Counted from the stretch's first letter, positions 9,075-16,243 are shown. The stretch is DNA of 32,000 nt from Erysipelotrichaceae bacterium (GCA_963663995.1 OY760660.1:1800001-1832000), one strand, 5' to 3'. Made by a program: numbers and translations. Notes: generated by a model from the sequence alone, not told the origin.

Positions 9075-9373
9075 TTGATTATGCATAAAAGTATAGGGAT
9101 TGAAAAAGAAGATATCATACACAAATTAAATCAAATTGAAGGACAAGTGCGTGGTATTAAAGTCATGATAGAAAAAGATAAACCATATAATGATGCACTT
9201 AATCAAGTAGCTTCTGTCCAAGCTGCATTGAGTGCAGTCAAACGTATAATGTTTGAGAAACACTTAAGCAATGGATTACATTAAATGAAGATGAAGAAAA
9301 TAAGCGAATTGATGAATTGATTCGAACAGTCGAGTTATTGTTCAAACAGAGAAAGGTTAGAAATGGAAGATAA
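9075..9373 (+). pseudogene. CsoR/RcnR (DUF156) family repressor-like gene, frameshifted and lacking the canonical Cys ligands
   Basis: The IEGQVRGI...VASVQAAL core is present. The frame stops at 9282-9284 after EKHLSNGLH. The expected C-terminal helix (NEDEENKRIDELIRTVELLFKQRK) continues in the -1 frame to 9373. There is no Cys at the YC.D or HxxxC positions. Confidence 0.7.
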
Positions 9374-9608
9374 AAAGAATCGTTTTAACAAATGGTTACT
9401 CTGGTTTGGTTCTATATCCGCAATTATTGGGGTTTATATATTAGTTTCAAATTTAGGAGAGAACAGCAGTTATAGTCGATATTTGCCGTATGGATTATTG
9501 TTATTATGTCCCTTATCTCATTTGTTTATGATGAATATGCATAAAGGTTCGCATGATCATAATCAAAATGAAGATAAGGATCAAGAGAATAGTAAGAGTT
9601 GTCATTAG
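9363..9608 (+). CDS. Small two-TM membrane protein with a CPLSH motif and a His/Asp-rich tail (DUF2933-like)
   Basis: LLLLCPLSHLFMMNMHKGSHDHNQ..SKSCH. Sits in a metal-gene context. The family name is from memory only. Confidence 0.5.
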   Translation: MEDKKNRFNKWLLWFGSISAIIGVYILVSNLGENSSYSRYLPYGLLLLCPLSHLFMMNMHKGSHDHNQNEDKDQENSKSCH

Positions 9609-9647
9609 TATTGATTAATCGTATTTAACAAAGTCGGAGGATGAACG

Positions 9648-11009
9648 TTGGATTATTTAGTAAAAGTAATACTCAATGTCGAAGGAATGACATGCGTAGG
9701 CTGTGAGAATAAAATTGAAAGTAAGTTAAAAAAGACTGACGGGGTAATAATAAGCAGAGCAAGTTATAATAACGGTACTTTAAAGTTAACATATGATAAA
9801 AATATCATTTCGTTAAAGAAAATTAAAAGGATTATTGAACAACTTGATTATAAGATTGTTGATTCAAAAGATTTAAAAAATATTTCCAAAGACGATACAT
9901 TGGATAAAATTCTAGATGCACTTACGATCGCAGCTGTACTTTACTTCATTTATCATTTCGCACTTAGATTTGGTCTATTAAATGTTTTCAACAATTTTCC
10001 TCAAGCTCAAGTAGGGATGAGTTATGGCGTTCTATTTATTGTAGGGATATTTACCTCAATTCATTGTGTTTCGATGTGTGGTGGAATAAATTTATCACAA
10101 AGTTTATCCAACCCTGATGCTTCGAATTCGAAAATAACGTTTTCAAGTTTAAAGCCAAGTTTTCTTTATAATTCTGGAAGAGTAGTTTCCTATACGATTA
10201 TCGGTGGAATTGTTGGGGCACTAGGTTCTGTTGTTAGTTTCTCAGGTTCCGCAAAAGGAATTGTTGCAATCTTGGCAGGTGGTTTCATGGTAATCATGGG
10301 GATAAATATGTTAAACATATTTCCATGGCTTAAAAAACTCAATCCTCGTTTACCAAAATTTCTAGGAGCTCTAGTAAGCCATGAAAAACATCGTAAACAT
10401 AGTCAATTTTATATAGGATTGTTAAATGGATTAATGCCTTGTGGTCCACTACAAGCGATGCAACTTTATGCACTTTCGACGGGCGACCCCATAAAAGGTG
10501 CTCTATCAATGCTTTTCTTTAGTCTAGGGACAACCCCCTTAATGTTTGGATTAGGGGCGATTAGTTCATTATTAAGCAAGAAGTTTACGAGTAAAATGCT
10601 ACAAGTAAGTGCTGTTCTGGTAGTAGTGTTAGGATTTGTAATGTTTCAAACAGGTTTAGGTGTTTCTGGTATTCAACTTCCAACTATTTCATCTATTTTT
10701 GGTGGTTCTCAATCCGTTGATAATGTATCAACTATAGATGGAGATGGGATTCAAAGAGTAACATCTAATATTACAAGTAATAGTTATGAATCCATTTCTG
10801 TTGAATCAGGAACCATTACACAATGGACCATACATGTGGATCAAGGTGAGTTAACAGGATGTAATAATCGAATTGTTATTCAAAGTTTAGGAATAGAAAT
10901 ACCCCTTCAAGTCGGTGATAATATTGTTGAATTTGTGCCCGAAAGAAAAGGTACTATCACATTTACATGTTGGATGGGTATGATTAGAAGTAGTATAACA
11001 ATACTTTAA
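9648..11009 (+). CDS. HMA domain - polytopic DsbD_2/UreH-like (TauE/SafE-annotated) membrane core - C-terminal cupredoxin-like domain fusion protein
   Basis: TTG start with GGAGG 7 nt upstream. GMTCVGCENKIE marks the HMA domain. HCVSMCGG and MPCGPLQ motifs sit in the TM core. The C-terminus TFTCWMGMIRSSITIL is typical of cupredoxin_1-type domains. Confidence 0.75.
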   Translation: MDYLVKVILNVEGMTCVGCENKIESKLKKTDGVIISRASYNNGTLKLTYDKNIISLKKIKRIIEQLDYKIVDSKDLKNISKDDTLDKILDALTIAAVLYFIYHFALRFGLLNVFNNFPQAQVGMSYGVLFIVGIFTSIHCVSMCGGINLSQSLSNPDASNSKITFSSLKPSFLYNSGRVVSYTIIGGIVGALGSVVSFSGSAKGIVAILAGGFMVIMGINMLNIFPWLKKLNPRLPKFLGALVSHEKHRKHSQFYIGLLNGLMPCGPLQAMQLYALSTGDPIKGALSMLFFSLGTTPLMFGLGAISSLLSKKFTSKMLQVSAVLVVVLGFVMFQTGLGVSGIQLPTISSIFGGSQSVDNVSTIDGDGIQRVTSNITSNSYESISVESGTITQWTIHVDQGELTGCNNRIVIQSLGIEIPLQVGDNIVEFVPERKGTITFTCWMGMIRSSITIL

Positions 11010-11021
11010 AAGGAGAGAAAA

Positions 11022-11069
11022 ATGAAAAGCGTTAAATTAAACGTAAATGGGATGTCATGCAGTGCTTGA
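11022..11069 (+). pseudogene. copZ-like HMA chaperone gene truncated by a nonsense codon inside the CxxC motif
   Basis: AAGGAGAG RBS, then MKSVKLNVNGMSCSA followed by TGA exactly where the second Cys of GMxCxxC is expected. The downstream frame is not HMA-like and closes after 9 codons. Confidence 0.7.
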
Positions 11070-11070
11070 T

Positions 11071-11296
11071 CATTATGGGTTGAGCTTTGGGAATGGTAAT
11101 GCGTTTGAATGGGCTAAAGACTTCACAACAAACGATAAAGACATCGTATTCGTACTAAACCCGCAAATATTTATGCCGGTGTAGAAGTAGAAGCAATCGA
11201 AGGTTGGTTATTAGCTAAAGTTGAAGTTGTAGTGCTGATGGTAAAATGGTTGAATTAGAAAAATTATTAAAACCATTCGAAATTAATGGTAAATAG
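11071..11296 (+). other. Multi-frame coding debris of an unidentified gene
   Basis: Protein-like stretches in three frames, separated by stops: HYGLSFGNGNAFEWAKDFTTNDKDIVFVLNPQIFMPV*, VEVEAIEGWLLAKVEVV..., DGKMVELEKLLKPFEINGK*. Confidence 0.45.
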
Positions 11297-11345
11297 TTTA
11301 TCGTATAGAAATAATGTTATAAATAAATACATTGAGCGAGGTTGT

Positions 11346-12041
11346 ATGGGAAAAGGGACAATACTAATTGTTGAAGACGAAATTAAACTTGTAGAAATTC
11401 TACAAGCGAATTTTGAATTCCAAGGATTCAAAATTATGATAACGCATGATGGATTGAGTGCGATTGACCTTGCGAAAGACACATCTATTTCACTTATTTT
11501 GCTTGATCTAATGATACCAAAACTAAGTGGAGAACAAGTCTGTCAAAACATACGTCAATTTTCTAGAGTACCAATAATCATGTTGACAGCTCGATCAAGT
11601 GAAGAGAATATTATAGATGGTCTAAAGTTAGGCGCAGATGATTACATTACGAAACCGTTTAGTTTAAAAGAGTTAAATGCTCGAGTAGATAGTATATTAC
11701 GACGTTCAGAAACTTCGATTTTTCCGTTGTTTCAAATTATGAAATTCGAGAATGGTTTAGAAATTGATTTAAATAAGAAGTCAGTCTTTAAACATAATAT
11801 CATCATTCATTTAACGCCTAATGAGTTTAAAATATTATCCATTTTAATTCATCATCCCAACCGAGTTTTCACACGGGTTGAATTAGTTGATTATGCTTTT
11901 GGATCTGACTTTGATGGATATGATCGGACTGTTGATACGCATATAAAAAATTTAAGAAATAAAATTGAAGATAATCCTAAACAACCAGTCTATGTTCAAA
12001 CTGTTTTTGGATTAGGATATCGCTTTGGCACACAAAAATGA
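11346..12041 (+). CDS. OmpR-family two-component response regulator
   Basis: ILIVEDE...LLDLMIPKLSG receiver domain and a C-terminal winged helix ending VQTVFGLGYRF. ATG 11346 lies after GAGG. The ATGA junction overlaps the kinase gene. Confidence 0.92.
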   Translation: MGKGTILIVEDEIKLVEILQANFEFQGFKIMITHDGLSAIDLAKDTSISLILLDLMIPKLSGEQVCQNIRQFSRVPIIMLTARSSEENIIDGLKLGADDYITKPFSLKELNARVDSILRRSETSIFPLFQIMKFENGLEIDLNKKSVFKHNIIIHLTPNEFKILSILIHHPNRVFTRVELVDYAFGSDFDGYDRTVDTHIKNLRNKIEDNPKQPVYVQTVFGLGYRFGTQK

Positions 12042-13435
12042 AACAATCTTTAAGTCGTAAACTAACATCAGTCATATTATTAACTGTTTTAATTGCGGTT
12101 GGATTAGTTAGTTCGATTTCGAGTTACTTTATACATGATCGATTTAAAGATTATATAATCGATAAACAAGAACAAACGATTAATCAAATCATCGCTCAAA
12201 TTTCACTTCAATATGACGTTAATAATTCAGTCTGGGACCAAGAAAAAGTACATGAAGTAGGTATGTTTGCTTTATACAGTGGATATATTATAAAAGTTTA
12301 TGATAATGAGATGAATTCTGTGTGGGACGCGGAAGTATGGGATATGAATGCTTGTGTACAATTAATTGATGATATTTCACATCGTATGTTAAGTCAATTC
12401 CCGTCTCAAACAGGTGTTTTTGTATCATATGACTACTTGCTTGAATTTAAAAATACAGATGTTGGAAGGGTTAATATTAGTTATTTTGGACCCTACTTCT
12501 ATCAAGAAGATGACGTAATATTTATTAATCAACTTCAATCTGTTTTATTAATCATTGCGTTAATCAGTATTCTATCCAGTGTTGGTGTTGGAATCGCTTT
12601 CGCTAAAACGTTAAGTAAACCAATCTTAAAAACAATTGATGCGACAAAGAATATTGTACAAGGACATTATGGTAGCGAAATTGAGTATAAAACAAATATA
12701 ACTGAAGTAAGCGAATTAATTGAATCAATCAATCATTTATCGATTAGTCTTCATGAACAAGATCGTGTTAAAAGACAAATCACTTCTGATGTTGCGCATG
12801 AACTTAGAACACCGTTATCGACTCTTCAAATTAGTGTAGAAGCTGTCATGGATGGGATAATTAAGCTAGATGATAGTCGAATTAAAAGTATTCACGATGA
12901 AATTCTACGATTATCGAATATAGTTAAAGACTTAGAACAATTAAATCAAATAGAACATCTGACTCAACTAGAATTAAGTACATTTGATTTAAAAGAGCTC
13001 ATTGATGAATGTATATATTCCTTAGAGATAAAGCGCAAAGTCAAATCAATTAGTCTTGAATTAATTGTTGAAACTCTTCTGATTGAAGCTGATCGCAATC
13101 GCCTTTATCAAGTGTTTTATAACTTAATCTTAAACGCGTATAATTACTCGAATAATGAATCAACTTTGTCTATCGAGATAATAAATAAAGGAAGAGAAGT
13201 AGTTATTCAAATTAAGGATACTGGCATTGGGATACCTGAAGAATCATTACCATTTATATTTGAACGATTTTATCGCGTAGATGCATCTCGAAGTCGTGAA
13301 AGTGGTGGAAGTGGAATTGGGTTAACCATTGTTAAACAATTTATTGAAGCTCATTCCGGAAGTATTGATGTAGAAAGTGAACTCAATAGAGGGACTTCTT
13401 TCACAATTATCCTACCAATCAAACAATCTTCATAA
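12038..13435 (+). CDS. Sensor histidine kinase (two TM, extracytoplasmic loop, HAMP, HisKA, HATPase_c)
   Basis: H-box SDVAHELRTPLS, N-box LILNAYNYS, G1 DTGIGI, G2 GGSGIGL. Confidence 0.92.
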   Translation: MKQSLSRKLTSVILLTVLIAVGLVSSISSYFIHDRFKDYIIDKQEQTINQIIAQISLQYDVNNSVWDQEKVHEVGMFALYSGYIIKVYDNEMNSVWDAEVWDMNACVQLIDDISHRMLSQFPSQTGVFVSYDYLLEFKNTDVGRVNISYFGPYFYQEDDVIFINQLQSVLLIIALISILSSVGVGIAFAKTLSKPILKTIDATKNIVQGHYGSEIEYKTNITEVSELIESINHLSISLHEQDRVKRQITSDVAHELRTPLSTLQISVEAVMDGIIKLDDSRIKSIHDEILRLSNIVKDLEQLNQIEHLTQLELSTFDLKELIDECIYSLEIKRKVKSISLELIVETLLIEADRNRLYQVFYNLILNAYNYSNNESTLSIEIINKGREVVIQIKDTGIGIPEESLPFIFERFYRVDASRSRESGGSGIGLTIVKQFIEAHSGSIDVESELNRGTSFTIILPIKQSS

Positions 13436-13478
13436 GTTCTTCATAACCTTATTCTAAAATTAGGAGGAGGTAATCAAA

Positions 13479-14048
13479 ATGAAAAGTAGGTTATTAAATT
13501 TAATAGTCTTAGGAATAGTTTTTGTGAGTGTTGCAGTATGGTATTTTTCTTTACCTAGTGGGGCTGGAAAAGTATTAGATCAATTAGGTTTAAAAAACAC
13601 TGAAATAAAAGAAGTTGTTAATAATCTTGATCAACGTTTAGATGAACCGAGCAATGTTGGCGCAAGAATAACAGGCGATAAACTATTTCTTTATGATATC
13701 GAGAAAGAGTATAGTATCGATCTACCAACTGAGTCATTCTTTGTGTCTATAGCACCTTATATTAATGAAGTGCACCCATGTACCATTCATAATCTAGTTA
13801 CTTGTCGTGGAGAAGTTTTTAATCAATCCATGCATATTCAAATTGTGGATGCGAATAATAAAATCATTGTAGATGAAGATCGAATTACTCAAGATAATGG
13901 ATTTATCGGAATATGGTTACCAAAAGGCATCAATGCTACACTAAAAGTTGAATATTATGGATTATCTGTAGAATATCCTATTTCTACATTTAGTGAAAGT
14001 GATACCTGTATTACAACGCCCCTTAAACTTGAAGCATTAAAAGTCTAA
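13479..14048 (+). CDS. Membrane-anchored extracytoplasmic protein, CueP-like putative copper-binding protein
   Basis: AGGAGGAGG RBS, an N-terminal TM anchor, and the motifs SIAPYINEVHPCTIHNLVTCRGE and C-terminal DTCITTP. The resemblance to the CueP family is recalled, not verified. Confidence 0.5.
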   Translation: MKSRLLNLIVLGIVFVSVAVWYFSLPSGAGKVLDQLGLKNTEIKEVVNNLDQRLDEPSNVGARITGDKLFLYDIEKEYSIDLPTESFFVSIAPYINEVHPCTIHNLVTCRGEVFNQSMHIQIVDANNKIIVDEDRITQDNGFIGIWLPKGINATLKVEYYGLSVEYPISTFSESDTCITTPLKLEALKV

Positions 14049-14073
14049 TTCCAGATTCTAATGGTCTGATTGA

Positions 14074-14551
14074 TTTAACCCTCACTTTGAAATTATACGT
14101 TACAATCTTCCTAAACATAAAATTGATGATATCGAAAATTCAGGATTATAACATGACATTGGGAAAATCATTATTTCTGCTGAGATACTTGAAAAACTGT
14201 GGAAATTAACAGAAATGTAATATGAAGAGATTTAAAATCATCCTTCTATAGGGCTTTCGAATGTTAATGGTAATTCCAGAGTTATCAAGTATCTACAAGG
14301 GTATACTACATCACCACGAAAGATGGGATGGTAAGGATTATCCAAATGGAATAAAGAGGATTGAAATTCCTGTTGAAGCAAGAATTATTGCGATTGCGGA
14401 TGCTTTTGATGCGATGACAGTATCACGAAGCTATCGTGACGCAATGAGTGAAACTGAAGCGGTTGCTGAAATAAAGAAATATGCCGGAACTCAGTTTGAT
14501 CCAGAGATTGCACGAATATTTGTTGAAAAGGTTATGAAATTATCCTGGTAA
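14074..14551 (+). pseudogene. Decayed, 5'-truncated HD-GYP domain gene (paralog of 2962-4224)
   Basis: Reads ...IDDIENSGL*HDIGKIIISAEILEKLWKLTEM*YEEI*NHPSIG, then shifts frame into ...ILHHHERWDGKDYPNG...IADAFDAMTVSRSYR. That is three in-frame TAA codons, one frameshift and a missing N-terminal half. Only the last 96 codons remain open. Confidence 0.8.
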
Positions 14552-14654
14552 ACATATAGAAGAACTAGATTTCTTAGTGATATTTTTTCTAAACTTTTTC
14601 AGTTATTTATTACAATTATGCGATATTAATATTATCTAAAACTATCAAATTCTG

Positions 14655-14676
14655 TTGCGGGTCATTTGCGGGTCAT
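14655..14676. repeat. Perfect tandem duplication 2 x TTGCGGGTCAT
   Basis: Read directly. It is a GC-rich 11-mer in AT-rich intergenic DNA. Confidence 0.9.
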
Positions 14677-14696
14677 TCTAAATTGAGTATCTATCG

Positions 14697-14716
14697 AACT
14701 TATGTAAACTTATGTA
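14697..14716. repeat. Perfect tandem duplication 2 x AACTTATGTA
   Basis: Read directly. It is followed by TAAT, which creates TATAAT at 14715-14720. Confidence 0.9.
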
Positions 14717-14768
14717 TAATGGAGATGAAGTATACGTAGGTTTGTAAGCGTTTATAACTGTTTGTAAA

Positions 14769-14801
14769 GATAATTTGGGTTTCCCCTCATCTGCTCCATA
14801 A
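14769..14801. repeat. Right copy of the 33-bp direct repeat GATAATTT-ggg-TTTCCCCTCATCTGCTCCATAA
   Basis: The 22-nt core 14780-14801 is identical to 6055-6076, in the same orientation. Confidence 0.9.
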
Positions 14802-14812
14802 AACAATTTGAA

Positions 14813-14840
14813 GAGTCCCCGAAAGGGGATTCTTTTTTTT
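14813..14840 (+). terminator. Rho-independent terminator
   Basis: GAGTCCCC-gaaa-GGGGATTC followed by T8. Confidence 0.8.
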
Positions 14841-14914
14841 CGATAAAGATAAGTTGAATTGTTTTTAAAAGGGGTCTTTGTTAAAATTTTTATTAAAACA
14901 AGGAGATTATTAAA

Positions 14915-15262
14915 ATGGATAAAATTACTAAGATAGATATCATCACAAGACCAAGTAAATTAGAGGCATTAAAAGAGGCTATGAATAACATAGGCATCAC
15001 AGGAATGACTTTTACAAATGTATTGGGCTGTGGACTTCAAAAAGGTAAAACAGAATATTATCGTGGTTCTGAATACAAGATTGATTTACTTCCTAAAGCA
15101 CGGGTTGAAATTGTGGTTTGCGAAGTACCAGTTCAGTTAGTTGTTGATACTGCTATGGAAGTATTAAGAACGGGTGAAATTGGAGATGGTAAAATCTTTA
15201 TCTATCCTGTCGAGAATGTTATTAAAGTGCGTACTGGAGAAGAAGGTGTAAAAGCATTGTAA
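14915..15262 (+). CDS. P-II family nitrogen regulatory protein (GlnB/GlnK type), with no adjacent amtB
   Basis: T-loop GCGLQKGKTEYYRGSEYKIDLLPK and C-terminal GDGKIFIYPVENVIKVRTGE. AAGGAG RBS. Confidence 0.9.
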   Translation: MDKITKIDIITRPSKLEALKEAMNNIGITGMTFTNVLGCGLQKGKTEYYRGSEYKIDLLPKARVEIVVCEVPVQLVVDTAMEVLRTGEIGDGKIFIYPVENVIKVRTGEEGVKAL

Positions 15263-15287
15263 AAAAGACCATGAGGTCTTTTTTTAT
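15262..15287. terminator. Bidirectional terminator shared by the convergent genes
   Basis: AAAAGACC-atga-GGTCTTTT with A/T runs on both sides. Confidence 0.75.
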
Positions 15288-15670
15288 TTGTTGTGGTGAG
15301 CACTGCTGTAGGCTTTATCCCACCAACCATTCTCCTTTGCTTGCTCTATACACTTATATCCTGCTGCTCTCATACGACCTTCTGCAATAAGTTTAAGCGC
15401 ACGTTGTTTATTGATTAGTGACCAGGGACTTTTCTTTTGACGAGGAGTCATACGAATGATGAATGAATTTTGATCAAGAGAATACATCAAACCATCGATC
15501 CAACCAAAACATAAAGCTTCAGTAACTGCATCATTTAGATTGATTCCTAATTTAGTTGATTTCTTCTTTTGAATTTCAATCCAAATTTCTTTCTGAGTAA
15601 AATTTTCTTCTAACCAATCTGTCCATTCTTGAAGTGTTTGAAAATAACTCCAGTTTGTGGGTTTCTTCAT
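15284..15670 (-). CDS. YdeI/OmpD-associated family protein
   Basis: EWTDWLEENF...EALCFGWIDG...TPRQKKSPWS..N...LI.EGRM pattern typical of this family. Confidence 0.7.
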   Translation of the reverse strand: MKKPTNWSYFQTLQEWTDWLEENFTQKEIWIEIQKKKSTKLGINLNDAVTEALCFGWIDGLMYSLDQNSFIIRMTPRQKKSPWSLINKQRALKLIAEGRMRAAGYKCIEQAKENGWWDKAYSSAHHNK

Positions 15671-15752
15671 ACTCCTATTATAAGCGTAACAAATTAAACA
15701 AAATAGCTAAGAATAAACAAGTAAGAATCATTTATGTGACAGATATATGAAA

Positions 15753-15779
15753 TTAGCACTCAATAGTTGACAGTGCTAA
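15753..15779. promoter_or_regulatory. CIRCE operator 1 (HrcA site) overlapping the -35 box
   Basis: TTAGCACTC-aatagttga-CAGTGCTAA matches the consensus TTAGCACTC-N9-GAGTGCTAA at 17/18 positions. Confidence 0.85.
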
Positions 15780-15795
15780 AAAGAAGGTTTATACT
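15767..15795 (+). promoter_or_regulatory. Sigma-A type promoter of hsp20
   Basis: TTGACA (15767-15772), a 17-nt spacer, then TATACT (15790-15795). Confidence 0.75.
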
Positions 15796-15799
15796 ATCA

Positions 15800-15826
15800 T
15801 TAGCACTTAAGATAAGAGAGTGCCAG
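15800..15826. promoter_or_regulatory. CIRCE operator 2 (degenerate), between the -10 box and the RBS
   Basis: TTAGCACTT-aagataaga-GAGTGCCAG matches at 15/18. It overlaps the AGGAGG RBS at 15825-15830. Confidence 0.65.
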
Positions 15827-15838
15827 GAGGACAAATGC

Positions 15839-16243
15839 ATGATTAGAAACACTATTGTAAGACGCCCAACAAATTTACTCGATGATTTTTTCAATGATGA
15901 ATTCTTCTTACCTTCATTACCAAGTCAAAATCATATTGATGTGTATCAAGAAGGAAAAGACTATATCGTAGAAGTTGATCTACCTGGTTACAAGAAAGAA
16001 GAAATCACTGTTAAGTATGATCAAGATTTATTGACCATCTCTGCAGAACACAAAGAAGAAAAGAATGAAGACAATAAACGTTATGTTTATCGTTCACGTT
16101 CTACATCAAGCTTTACTCGTCAAATTAGATTCAATAATATTGATGCGAAAGCAATCGATGCAAACTTCAATGAAGGTGTCTTGAAAGTGGTATTACCAAT
16201 CCACAATGGTCAGGTTGAAGCAAAACAAATCGAAGTTAAATAA
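15839..16243 (+). CDS. Hsp20/alpha-crystallin family small heat-shock protein
   Basis: Alpha-crystallin core DVYQEGKDYIVEVDLPGYKKEEITVKYDQDLLTISAE...FNEGVLKVVLP. ATG 15839 lies 8 nt after AGGAGG. The ORF-track TTG at 15767 is in fact the -35 box. Confidence 0.9.
   Translation: MIRNTIVRRPTNLLDDFFNDEFFLPSLPSQNHIDVYQEGKDYIVEVDLPGYKKEEITVKYDQDLLTISAEHKEEKNEDNKRYVYRSRSTSSFTRQIRFNNIDAKAIDANFNEGVLKVVLPIHNGQVEAKQIEVK

Noticed and set aside
11058-11099. TGA at the second Cys position of GMSCSA-TGA could be a selenocysteine codon (a CxxU HMA selenoprotein).
   Set aside because: Reading through gives only nine more codons (SLWVELWEW) before TAA, with no HMA-like sequence. No convincing SECIS-type hairpin follows directly. 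A nonsense mutation in a decaying gene is the simpler reading.
14721-14798. Possible tRNA or tRNA pseudogene. GGAGATG lies 78 nt upstream of CATCTGC-T-CCA and could pair with it at 6 of 7 positions as an acceptor stem.
   Set aside because: No D-arm, anticodon arm or 7-nt T-loop can be folded from the intervening sequence (GGG-TTT-CCCC replaces the T-arm). Only the 3' end is tRNA-like, so it is not called as a tRNA gene.
567-15838. Long N-terminal extensions given by the ORF track: 567 for luxS, 1455 for the SHOCT protein, 5467 for ldh, 11286 for the response regulator, 15767 for hsp20.
   Set aside because: Internal ATGs at 624, 1542, 5401, 11346 and 15839 have proper Shine-Dalgarno sequences and give family-typical N-termini. 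The extensions overlap upstream genes or promoter/operator DNA. For example, TTG 15767 is the -35 box.
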